Shown here piece by piece: positions 10,249-18,849 of a stretch of DNA of 64,000 bases. How positions within the stretch are numbered: the stretch's first letter is position 1; every line of letters begins with the position of its first letter. The stretch is from an uncultured Gemmatimonadales bacterium (GTDB lineage Bacteria > Gemmatimonadota > Gemmatimonadetes > Longimicrobiales > Longimicrobiaceae): positions 4,800,001 to 4,864,000 of the forward strand of contig OY970303.1 in the NCBI GenBank assembly GCA_963716255.1, written 5' to 3'. The position numbers and the translations under genes are program-made. The notes below the pieces were generated by a model. The model worked only from the letters and a program-made list of their open reading frames with translations, was not told the DNA's origin and did no database searches.

Positions 10249-11588
10249 CAGGATCTGCGGCGACGCCGCACCGGTCGCACCACCTTACGGCGCTGTTTCT
10301 CAGTTGCGCTTCGCGTGTCGGCTAGTTCTTTCCGTTGCGACACCTTGCGCTTCTTTCGTGAACCATCGGGTTCAATCCTATCTGCCTGACTGGGCGGTGT
10401 TCCGGAACCCATGCTGCTTTTGGTGATGGCAACCGGGGCCCGCTGACCAGTTGCGACAGCAGCCGCTCGAGTCAGAAGCGCCTTGAATTCATCGCCCTTC
10501 GTGGGTGGATCCCTCCGCCTCAGGATCTTTTCGCGCAAGTGCCGGTGATATGGGAGCGCCGTGTGCAGGGTCTCCAGAGACGGCCGGCTTTGTCCCTCCA
10601 TGCGGGCGATCGAGAGCATCACACGCAAAAGGGGGTTGATCAGGGAAAGAAGGCCACCCGTCCATTCAAGGACGATCTGGGCGATGAGAGCGTCGTCCAT
10701 GCAGGAAAGATCCAGATCGTTCAAACCGATGCCTGCCCGACGAAGCACTTCTGCGATGTCCTGTACCGTCTCATACCGGCCCATCACCACGTGGGAACCT
10801 TCGAGTAGGTGCAGGACCTCCTCTGCATCTGAGAAGAGGATTTCGGGCGCGACGTGGCTCACCAGAATGATTCCCAAGCGCGGAGCTGGTGGACCAAATT
10901 CATCGCGCTCAAAGGGGACCTGGAGACGTGGATCGGAGGCGAGCATGAGATCCCCGAGCAACCTCAACGCCGCCCCCGACGCATGGTGGATATGGTCGAA
11001 GATGATCGTCGTGACCCGAAGTTGGCGAGCGGCAAAAACGAAACGCTCTGCTAAAGTCTCAAGGGATCGAAACCGTATCTCCGGGATTGACAGAGGTGCA
11101 CGCATGTAATTGCATAGCAGCTCAAGCATTTTTACTGGGGCATGCATCCCCGAAAAGATGCGGACCACGGCGACGCGATGCGGGTGGCCGGCAGAGCCCG
11201 CCATGTAGTTGTACGCTCGCCCGTAGTCACTTACCAGTGTGGTCGTGCCGACGCCGAGAGCGCTTCCTTGCAGGTAGAGCCGACCGTGATCGACAACCGT
11301 GCTTCCGAGACGTTCGTCGACCGACGCCAACACCCCCTCAGCGTAGCAGTGTTGGATCGGAGGAAGTGTTGAAGCAATCATCCGGGAGGGGATCGTGGGA
11401 TCGAAGCGTGCGAACAACTGCACGGCAACCCTGGTGATCTCGTCATCCGATGGTACAGGCCCCTGACGCCGCATCGGAACAGAGGGACCCGAGGCAAGGA
11501 GCGCGGAAGGACGTGCGGGAGGTGGCCCAGCTGGAAGGACACCCTCCAGTTCCAACCCGGAGTTCCTCTCTCCAGAAATCTCGCCCAT
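10248..11588 (-). CDS. tnsC: TnsC/TniB/MuB-like AAA+ transposition regulator with degenerate Walker motifs
   Basis: Directly downstream of the transposase; LYLQGSALGVGTTTL (Walker A-like), TTIIFDHIHH (Walker B-like), GIILVS, EWTGGLLSLINPLL lid helix. Confidence 0.65.
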   Translation of the reverse strand: MGEISGERNSGLELEGVLPAGPPPARPSALLASGPSVPMRRQGPVPSDDEITRVAVQLFARFDPTIPSRMIASTLPPIQHCYAEGVLASVDERLGSTVVDHGRLYLQGSALGVGTTTLVSDYGRAYNYMAGSAGHPHRVAVVRIFSGMHAPVKMLELLCNYMRAPLSIPEIRFRSLETLAERFVFAARQLRVTTIIFDHIHHASGAALRLLGDLMLASDPRLQVPFERDEFGPPAPRLGIILVSHVAPEILFSDAEEVLHLLEGSHVVMGRYETVQDIAEVLRRAGIGLNDLDLSCMDDALIAQIVLEWTGGLLSLINPLLRVMLSIARMEGQSRPSLETLHTALPYHRHLREKILRRRDPPTKGDEFKALLTRAAAVATGQRAPVAITKSSMGSGTPPSQADRIEPDGSRKKRKVSQRKELADTRSATEKQRRKVVRPVRRRRRS

Positions 11589-11591
11589 CGA

Positions 11592-14303
11592 TCACCCCTG
11601 AGATGGCTGGTCAATCGCGGGCTTCTGGTCACGACCATCGGGGTCAGCCCCGTTGCTCCGCGACTTGGTAAGTCGAAGGTACTTCTCCAGCGAATCGACT
11701 TGCTGAAGCGCTACGCCATTCGGTGTCATCGAAACAGCAAGAGGCGAGGACTCCGAAGTACTGCTCCTGTTCTCCTCGTCATCCCTCCTCGAAGCAGTCT
11801 CTCCCGGTGGGTCGCCAGAAGGTGCGGGTAATGCGAGGAGCGCCGCCTTTGCCGGTAACGAATGGTCGTTGGGAAAGACTGCTTCTGCGAGTGCGTGTCC
11901 ACGCTCCTCCCCGTCCAGCCTTGCGGCCTGGAGGCGTTCTCTGAGCTGCCGGCGCTGCTCCCGCTCTGCATTCTCCGCCTCTCGTGCTGCGAGCCACTCC
12001 TTCTCCTGACGTCGCAGTTCCCATGCAGTCGGTGGTGGACAGGCCGGATCGTCGGTTCGTTCAGCTACGGCGAAGAACCGGTATTCTCCTCGGGCATTCG
12101 GCAGCGCAACGAAGATGATGCCGGGCCTGTACTCGTCGAAATAGATCCGGACCCGCCGACCATTCAGAGCCTCGATAAAACCCGGAGAGGAGTAGTGGTG
12201 CCCATTCAGCTCGATCCCGCAATTCTGAAGGACAGCGTCATCCTGAATGGAGAGCAGGGGGAGCCAGACCTCTGGCGCCACTTCCGATTGAACTAGTCCC
12301 CGGAGCTGCCTCGCATGAATCTCCGATTCATAATGCTCGCGGGGACAACGACGGGTCGTCCGATGTACGCGGCGGTTGTAGTAGATCTCCAAGCGATCCG
12401 ATATCAGGAGTTCCAGCTCTTCACGAGTATGCAGATCCTCGTCCGCCCAACTCCGTGTGTTCTTCCCGCCGTGATAACCGTTGAGATGAGGTAGGATCAT
12501 CTCCCGGATCGTGCGGATGACCCGCTCCACTGGTCCCCGCCCCTGAGGACGGTATGGTTCCGAGTGCGCGTGGTAGATACCAGCGGAGTTCAGAACGGCG
12601 AAGATCAAGGCGTTCTTCAGATCCGCTCCGTTGTCGGTGTACACGATTTCAGGCAATCCGTATCTCTCGATAGCATCCCTCAGGGCCAGCAGCGTGGTTC
12701 GTGTACTCGGAGGGCGGTCCCAAACCCGTACCGCCAGCACACATCGAGTACACATATCCTGAATTACGGTGAGACACAGCGAGTGCACCCGACGGTTCTC
12801 CACCAGCCCGCTGGGCCATACCCGACGTACCACAAACTCCATCTGCGAAAACACTTCGAATTCATCAGGGAAGAGAGGAACTGCAACCCCATCACCAACG
12901 AGTTCATACTGCACAAAAAAGTGGTCTATAAGCCATACCTTGTTCGGATATGGCACGTGGCGCAGCAAGCGAGATCGCAGCAAATCGGACCAAGTCGACC
13001 CACCAATGGCTCTTGCCCGCTCTGTATCTGGGATGTCCTGAACAATGCGTTGGACCCGCCGGATCTCGGCCCGCATCATCCCTGGACCGTAGAGATCCCG
13101 AGCGATATTCGCCGCAGTCCAGCCTGGATTGTTGGTGAACAGGTCCTTCACACGAGATACGAGTTCCGGATCCTTCGGACCCCGACGATCATCCGGATAC
13201 TGATGCCGGAGAGTCTGTTGGAGGACTGGGGAGGAGAGGCCAAGATGAGCGGCGATATGGTCTTCGTCTTGGATCTGTTCGAGCCACCGTTGCATCGTCC
13301 TGGGCGAGATATCGCGATACTTCTGGCAGTAGGGTCGGGAGATGCCCGGGAGGCCCGGTGAACCAGGCGTAGAGACCACACGGGCGAACTCCGCCTGCCA
13401 GTACTGACTCGCCTGTGCTGGTGTCATCCCACCGTTCAGAACGGGAGCAATTATCAGCCCCTTGACCCTCGCTACCTCATCAGAAGGGTTAGGCCGCCGG
13501 AATCCAAGCAAGGCTCCTGGTTGGGGTTGAGGGGCGGTGTGGGCCTTCTCACCCCACGTGGAGTTTACTGGAGCACCAAAAAGCACGTCGGATGGATCGG
13601 AGTCACGGTTCAGCTCCTGGAGAGCTACATCGATTCCAGTTGTGTCACCATTAGCATTGATAGTCACACCCGGCCTTAGATCCCTCTCTAGGGGGTTGCT
13701 TGCTGATCCATCTGCATCGTGGGTGACTCTCCGCTCGAGCATGGCTGTCAGCACGTCAAACAGCTGTGCACGTTCATTGATCGCGTTGGCTCCCTGTCTG
13801 GCGAGGACGGTAACCTTGGCCTTCCTCACACTCTGCAGGGCATGATGCAGGTCGGTGGTATCGTCCAGTGTAAGCTGCCCCACAGCGCTAAGCTGCTTCG
13901 CCATGGCCAGGCAACGTGCCACCGCTTCGTCCAAGCGGTCCAGGGCAGACAGCAGTTCATCATCGGCGCGGTTGCGGACGGATTCCGGAGCGAGATGCCA
14001 GGCCCCGGATAGGGGGAGCTCCGGTGAGGTGGGGGGCTGCTTTGCCGAATAGTTCGGCTTGGCGGATGGGAAGGACGGTTCCCGCAAGTGGCGGGAGAGG
14101 GCTGAGATGCTGGGGATTCTCCCAAGCAAGCGCTTGGATAAACTCTCGGCAACTAGTGCATCGCGAAGCTCGCCAAGCGTACCGCTAAATCCTTCTGCAA
14201 ACTCATGGACTGCTCGCCAGTCGATGAGGTCCGTATGCTTGCTCGAGCCTGACGGTGCAGAACTCGTCTGTTGGGTCGGTTCAACTGCAGTTGGCGGGAC
14301 CAT
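11592..14303 (-). CDS. tnsB: TnsB/TniA/MuA-type DDE transposase with long N-terminal extension (alternative TTG start at 14387)
   Basis: PNKVWLIDH (D), VIQDMCTRCVL, YGLPEIVYTDNG (D), PYRPQGRGPVER (E), YNRRVHRT and a Mu C-terminal-like GIELNGHHY..VRIYFD. Confidence 0.85.
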   Translation of the reverse strand: MVPPTAVEPTQQTSSAPSGSSKHTDLIDWRAVHEFAEGFSGTLGELRDALVAESLSKRLLGRIPSISALSRHLREPSFPSAKPNYSAKQPPTSPELPLSGAWHLAPESVRNRADDELLSALDRLDEAVARCLAMAKQLSAVGQLTLDDTTDLHHALQSVRKAKVTVLARQGANAINERAQLFDVLTAMLERRVTHDADGSASNPLERDLRPGVTINANGDTTGIDVALQELNRDSDPSDVLFGAPVNSTWGEKAHTAPQPQPGALLGFRRPNPSDEVARVKGLIIAPVLNGGMTPAQASQYWQAEFARVVSTPGSPGLPGISRPYCQKYRDISPRTMQRWLEQIQDEDHIAAHLGLSSPVLQQTLRHQYPDDRRGPKDPELVSRVKDLFTNNPGWTAANIARDLYGPGMMRAEIRRVQRIVQDIPDTERARAIGGSTWSDLLRSRLLRHVPYPNKVWLIDHFFVQYELVGDGVAVPLFPDEFEVFSQMEFVVRRVWPSGLVENRRVHSLCLTVIQDMCTRCVLAVRVWDRPPSTRTTLLALRDAIERYGLPEIVYTDNGADLKNALIFAVLNSAGIYHAHSEPYRPQGRGPVERVIRTIREMILPHLNGYHGGKNTRSWADEDLHTREELELLISDRLEIYYNRRVHRTTRRCPREHYESEIHARQLRGLVQSEVAPEVWLPLLSIQDDAVLQNCGIELNGHHYSSPGFIEALNGRRVRIYFDEYRPGIIFVALPNARGEYRFFAVAERTDDPACPPPTAWELRRQEKEWLAAREAENAEREQRRQLRERLQAARLDGEERGHALAEAVFPNDHSLPAKAALLALPAPSGDPPGETASRRDDEENRSSTSESSPLAVSMTPNGVALQQVDSLEKYLRLTKSRSNGADPDGRDQKPAIDQPSQG

Positions 14304-14785
14304 CTGCCCTCCACAATCTGCGTTGCCGTGTCTACCGGAAGCCAAGGAAACAGCGAGTCGTCGGGTAACGACGTGGCGTAACCTCAAAGCACCGCGTCAT
14401 CAGCCCTCCAGAACTTCGCTCCATAGGGGGGATTTTCCGGCCTCAAGAAGCACGCCAAAACGTGATACTCTCATGAGCCTCTCTGGTGGATTTCCGTTTA
14501 CTTCAAGTCCAGTTGTTGCAAGCCAAGGAGCTCAGTGGTGAGTCCGATCCAGCCGAATCCACACTGGATAGGTGTTAGCGGTGGCGTCCGGATTCGTTCT
14601 CCGGCGGAGAGAAGGCGCGACTCATCCCTGGGTAATGCTGGCGCTTCTGGATGCCAGGTGCAGCCAGCCTGTTTGCCGAAGAGATGCCGAATCAGTAATT
14701 TGGAGGTCAGAATCCACAGTTGAAGGGTGCGAGCGCAAGATCGCTCTCCTGTACTTTGTACGCCTTCCGTATTGCCTGGATCGAC

Positions 14786-16006
14786 ATGGAGCAGCTCTTC
14801 GCGAAGTACGATCTCCGCCGGTCATTCGAAGAACGCGAGCGGCGCATGCACGACGAGATCGAGGCGTACGACTCGAACCGTCTCCTGAATACGGGCGTGG
14901 AGGATCTGGCAGCCCACTTTGAGGATGCATACCGCGTGGAGCCGCCGCGCCTCCGGGAGGAGGACCGCGTAGTGGATCACCGGGAGGCCAAGGTCGACGT
15001 GAGTCACCGGTGGGAATACGCTGTGCAGGACCGGAGCCGTCCGGCGTATGTCTCCGGCGCCGAGTTCTCGATGGAGATCCCTTTCGATGGAGAGGTGGAC
15101 CTGTTCCACATGTCACCCTCCACCACGTCAAACGCCTCGCCCCACGCGAAGGTGGGGCAGGGGAGGATCGTGCTGGAGCAGCGAATGCCCAATCCCGATC
15201 CGGCTGCGATCCGGTCGGAATTCGAGCGCGAGCTCTCGCTGATCCGCTCGTACCTGGGATGGGTCGAGGACGACGTGACCCGGTTCAACGGTTCCTTGCG
15301 GGATCGGGCGAGACAGTGGATCGAGGCCCGGCGCGAGCGGCTGCTCAGAGACCGAGGCGTCGCCGCCCAGCTCGGCTACCCTCTCAGGCGGCGTGACGAC
15401 GCTTCGCACACGTACGCGGCGCCGGAAATCCGTAGGAAGGTCCGACCGCGCCCGCCGGCAGCGAGTTCCGCTGCGTACGTTCCGGAGCCCGCCCTGGTAG
15501 AGGCAGAATACGAGCATATCCTATCTGTGATCCGCGGGATGGCGACCGTGCTGGAGCGGAGCCCGAAGGCCTTCCGGACGATGGGTGAGGAGGAGCTGCG
15601 CGACCACATCTTGGTCCAGCTCAACGCTCAGTACGAAGGCCAGGTCACCGGGGAGACCTTCAACTTTGAGGGGAAGACCGACATCCTGATCCGCGTCGGG
15701 GAGCGGAACGTCTTCATCAGGGAGTGCAAGATCTGGCGGGGGCCAAAGGTCCTCGCTGAGACGGTGGACCAGATCCTCGGCTACGCTACCTGGCGCGACA
15801 CCAAGACGGCTATCGTCGTCTTCAACCGAAACAAAGACTTCTCTTCCGTGCTCGGGAAGATCCCGGATGTCATGCGCGCGCACCCGAACACGAAGCGGGA
15901 GCTTCCCTATCCGTCTGAGACGGGCTTCCGGTATGTCCTCGGACACCGGGACGACCCAAATCGGGAACTCACGCTCACGGTTCTCGCCTTCGAGGTGCCA
16001 GCGTGA
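14786..16006 (+). CDS. Hypothetical protein with C-terminal PD-(D/E)XK restriction-endonuclease-like domain; defence candidate
   Basis: EEELRDHIL..GETFNFEGKTDILI..NVFIRECKIW motif pattern (E...D..ExK). Confidence 0.7.
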   Translation: MEQLFAKYDLRRSFEERERRMHDEIEAYDSNRLLNTGVEDLAAHFEDAYRVEPPRLREEDRVVDHREAKVDVSHRWEYAVQDRSRPAYVSGAEFSMEIPFDGEVDLFHMSPSTTSNASPHAKVGQGRIVLEQRMPNPDPAAIRSEFERELSLIRSYLGWVEDDVTRFNGSLRDRARQWIEARRERLLRDRGVAAQLGYPLRRRDDASHTYAAPEIRRKVRPRPPAASSAAYVPEPALVEAEYEHILSVIRGMATVLERSPKAFRTMGEEELRDHILVQLNAQYEGQVTGETFNFEGKTDILIRVGERNVFIRECKIWRGPKVLAETVDQILGYATWRDTKTAIVVFNRNKDFSSVLGKIPDVMRAHPNTKRELPYPSETGFRYVLGHRDDPNRELTLTVLAFEVPA

Positions 16007-16451
16007 AGCTCTACTCCTGTCGCCGATGACCGCGAGTTAGGCCGGCTGTCCGCTCTCCGCTCCGGCAATTCATGAGGTCTGTTCCATTTCTACTCGCCCT
16101 GTCCGTCTTTCCATCACTTCTCCGTGTGTGAACCGACCTGGCGCGGACACCATCAGGCGTCCGAGCCCCCCTATACTCGGCATCCGAATCCTCTGTTAGT
16201 CATCTCCGATTCCCAAAGTCAAAACAACCCGCACAATCAGCGGTCTTCATACCGTATGTCCTACTGGACCCACCCTGCATGGCGAGAGGCCCGCACAAAT
16301 CAGGATCCTCGCGCCGTATTCTACTGTGTAGGGATGAACGAGAGGCGCGTCGCACAAAGCGACTCGCCGCACCGTATCTCCCTTCAGGTCCAGACCAACG
16401 TGCTCATCCGGGCACACTGATCCCCAACTTACTTGCATAGGAGACGCACCC

Positions 16452-16643
16452 ATGCCTCAGCCCCTGAAGCCCGGCAACACCGCCCCGGCCAGCGGTCAGT
16501 ACGAGATCCGCGGCCCGCGCGGCGGCCACACCGGCCAGGAGAGAACGGTGACGCGGGGCGAGCCGCTCCCGCCGACCCCGGCATCCGGTCAGACGTACAC
16601 TCTCGTGGACCGCACCCGCAACGGAGCGGGACGGGCCAGATGA
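16452..16643 (+). CDS. YjzC-family small protein
   Basis: AGGAG RBS; KPG..AP.SGQY...GPRGG....E.T...GEPLPPTP signature. Confidence 0.85.
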   Translation: MPQPLKPGNTAPASGQYEIRGPRGGHTGQERTVTRGEPLPPTPASGQTYTLVDRTRNGAGRAR

Positions 16644-16701
16644 ACCTCACCGGGGCGGATCGCCGGCCTGGCCGGTGATTCGCCCCACAACACTCACGCT
16701 T

Positions 16702-17151
16702 ATGCCGAACCGTAGGACTCACGTCGCCGCCGGCGTCACCGCCGGCCTGGTCGCGACGCTACTCACCGCGCAGGATGAGCCTGGCCCCGACCGGATCGTG
16801 GAGGTGCTGGGTGGGATGATCGGTGGTTACCTTGGGGGCCGCGCTCCGGACCTCCTAGACCCCCCTCTCAACCCCTGCCACCGCGGGGTCGCGCATGGAG
16901 GACTCGCCGTCTTGACCCTGCTCCTCGCCGAACTGGAGGCCTGGCGGCAGCGTTGCCGCAGCGCAGCTCGGGAGTATGAAGCGCGGGCGGCGGTCCTGCC
17001 CCCCGGCTCCACGCAACGGGGCGACCTCATCTTCCAGGCGCTCCTCCACCGCTTCGCAGCCGGGTTCGCCACCGGGCTAAAGGCGGGCTACGCGTCGCAC
17101 CTGGCGCTGGACCTCTGCACGCCCAGAGGTCTGCCGTTGGTGGGCCGCTGA
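16702..17151 (+). CDS. Membrane-associated metal-dependent hydrolase (YdjM/DUF457-like)
   Basis: RTH, APDLLD, HRGVAH and GYASHLALDLCTPRGLP motifs with hydrophobic helices. Confidence 0.8.
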   Translation: MPNRRTHVAAGVTAGLVATLLTAQDEPGPDRIVEVLGGMIGGYLGGRAPDLLDPPLNPCHRGVAHGGLAVLTLLLAELEAWRQRCRSAAREYEARAAVLPPGSTQRGDLIFQALLHRFAAGFATGLKAGYASHLALDLCTPRGLPLVGR

Positions 17152-17163
17152 GAGGAGGCGCAC

Positions 17164-18084
17164 ATGGTATCCGCACGCGTCCGTAGCACGCAGCGCTCAT
17201 CCGACGGGAGTCCAACGGCACAGGAAGAGCGAGAAACGATGGACGAGGAACCTTCAGCACGAGACGAGTTCCTCCAGCGGATGGAGGCCATCTTCCAGGC
17301 GCTTCCGCCGCTCGGGTCCGACGCATACCTGCGCTACCTGCGGGAGGCGTCCACCGAGCAGCTACCGCCACAGGTGCTCGTCCGCGCCTACCGGGAGATG
17401 GTGAAGGCTGGACCTGCAATGGAGGAGGCGAGCGAGCGTACGTTCAAGCGCCTGTTCGGGAGAAAGGGTGGGAGGTTCGAGTATCTCGGACCCGCCGTGC
17501 AATTCCTTCTAGACCGCGTGCCTCAAAACCAGCAATTCCAAGACCTCGATGACCTACTGCAGGATATGGGCATCATCATGGTCAAGGCTCTCCGGACCAA
17601 GCGCGGCCGCTTCGGCGAGCAGTCATGGTATGTGTTTGCTCGCCAGTGCGCATACCAGGCATGGGCGGATCACGTAGGGCGAAAGGGTGAGCGTCAGGAG
17701 CCGCTTCGCGCGGAGCCCCGGCGTGACGCCGAAACCGGCGCGTGGTCCGACCCGCTGGAGCGGGTCCGGGAAGGCGAGTCGGAAGACAACGTGGTGGAAG
17801 TGGACGTCCATCGGTTCCTCACGGAGGTGATCGCCGCGATCCCCGACCCGCTGATCCGAGCTGTCGGCGAGGACCAGTGGCTGAGTGGCGACCCTTCCCC
17901 GGATTCGGGGAAGCGCATCTCCACCGGTAAGGACAAGAAGCCGTCGCTTGAACGGCAACTAGGAGTGAGCCGCGACCGCATCATCCGGGCGCGGCGCTCC
18001 GTGGAAGCGCGGATCCTGGCCGAGCTCGAACGCATAGGCATCCCTGAGCAGGACCTCGCGCCGTTTCGGAAGGACGAACGCTAA
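17164..18084 (+). CDS. Divergent sigma70/ECF-like protein
   Basis: GAGGAGG RBS; region-2-like DLDDLLQD..SWYVFARQCAYQAWADHVGR and C-terminal HTH SLERQLGVSRDRIIRARR. Confidence 0.55.
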   Translation: MVSARVRSTQRSSDGSPTAQEERETMDEEPSARDEFLQRMEAIFQALPPLGSDAYLRYLREASTEQLPPQVLVRAYREMVKAGPAMEEASERTFKRLFGRKGGRFEYLGPAVQFLLDRVPQNQQFQDLDDLLQDMGIIMVKALRTKRGRFGEQSWYVFARQCAYQAWADHVGRKGERQEPLRAEPRRDAETGAWSDPLERVREGESEDNVVEVDVHRFLTEVIAAIPDPLIRAVGEDQWLSGDPSPDSGKRISTGKDKKPSLERQLGVSRDRIIRARRSVEARILAELERIGIPEQDLAPFRKDER

Positions 18085-18119
18085 CGAATGATCAGTTAAC
18101 CCTGATGTTGGAGGGATAC

Positions 18120-18848
18120 ATGATGGCGAACCCTGACCAGGCACTCCTGGATGACCTCCTCGCCGAGGTCGAGGCAGCCTGGATCGGTCGCCGGGACGCG
18201 ACGGTGATCGATCGGCTCGCGGCTCAACACCCACAGCACGCCGAGGAGTTGTACGAATTCTTCGCCGAGCTGTTCTTCGCCGAACGGGGCGACAATGTCC
18301 CCGCGGGGCTGGAAGACGCCCTCGGGGAGTCCCTAGACCGCTGGTTCGAAGAGCGGGGACGACACATCGCGAACGAGGCGGTGGAGGCGGCCCGCTCAGC
18401 GGAGGCAACTACTCCTCCCGAGCCGCCCCTGGTGACGGATGCCGTCGCGTCCGCCGCCCCGAGCCCCACCCAGTCCGGCGGCGTGGGCGCGCGTGCAAGC
18501 GCGCGCCCCTTCCTAACGCTCGTGGAGGAGACCACGGGTCTTGAGGCCGAGGAGATCGCCGAGCGTTTCGGCGACATCACGGTCGACTTCCTCCTGTTCA
18601 CCGAGCGCTATCCCGAGCTGTACCCGTTCCCTGTCCGCCGAGAGTTGGGCCGCCGCACGCAACGCCTCTTCGGGATTCCCGTGGAAGAAGTGATCCTAGC
18701 GTTTGAGTATCGGCCCGAGGTCCGGATGGCGGCCTCACGGAGCCGTGGCTACTCCGGTCGCCCCACGTCCTTCGAGGAACTGCTCCGGCGCGCCGGCCTT
18801 TCCTTCGAGCAGCAGCGGTACTGGACGAACCTGGCGCGGGGAGGCTGA
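18120..18848 (+). CDS. Hypothetical two-domain protein (anti-sigma-like N-terminus, XRE/HTH-like C-terminus)
   Basis: GGAGGG RBS; IDRLAAQHPQHAEELYEFF N-domain, Pro/Ala linker, GLEAEEIAERFG HTH-like segment. Confidence 0.6.
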   Translation: MMANPDQALLDDLLAEVEAAWIGRRDATVIDRLAAQHPQHAEELYEFFAELFFAERGDNVPAGLEDALGESLDRWFEERGRHIANEAVEAARSAEATTPPEPPLVTDAVASAAPSPTQSGGVGARASARPFLTLVEETTGLEAEEIAERFGDITVDFLLFTERYPELYPFPVRRELGRRTQRLFGIPVEEVILAFEYRPEVRMAASRSRGYSGRPTSFEELLRRAGLSFEQQRYWTNLARGG

Positions 18849-18849
18849 G

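Noticed and set aside
4828..16451. Matching second transposon end near the tns operon
   Set aside because: Reading the intergenic gaps (4828-4976, 7264-7464, 14388-14785, 16007-16451) by eye found no GACA-N7-TGTC boxes; a proper motif scan is still needed.
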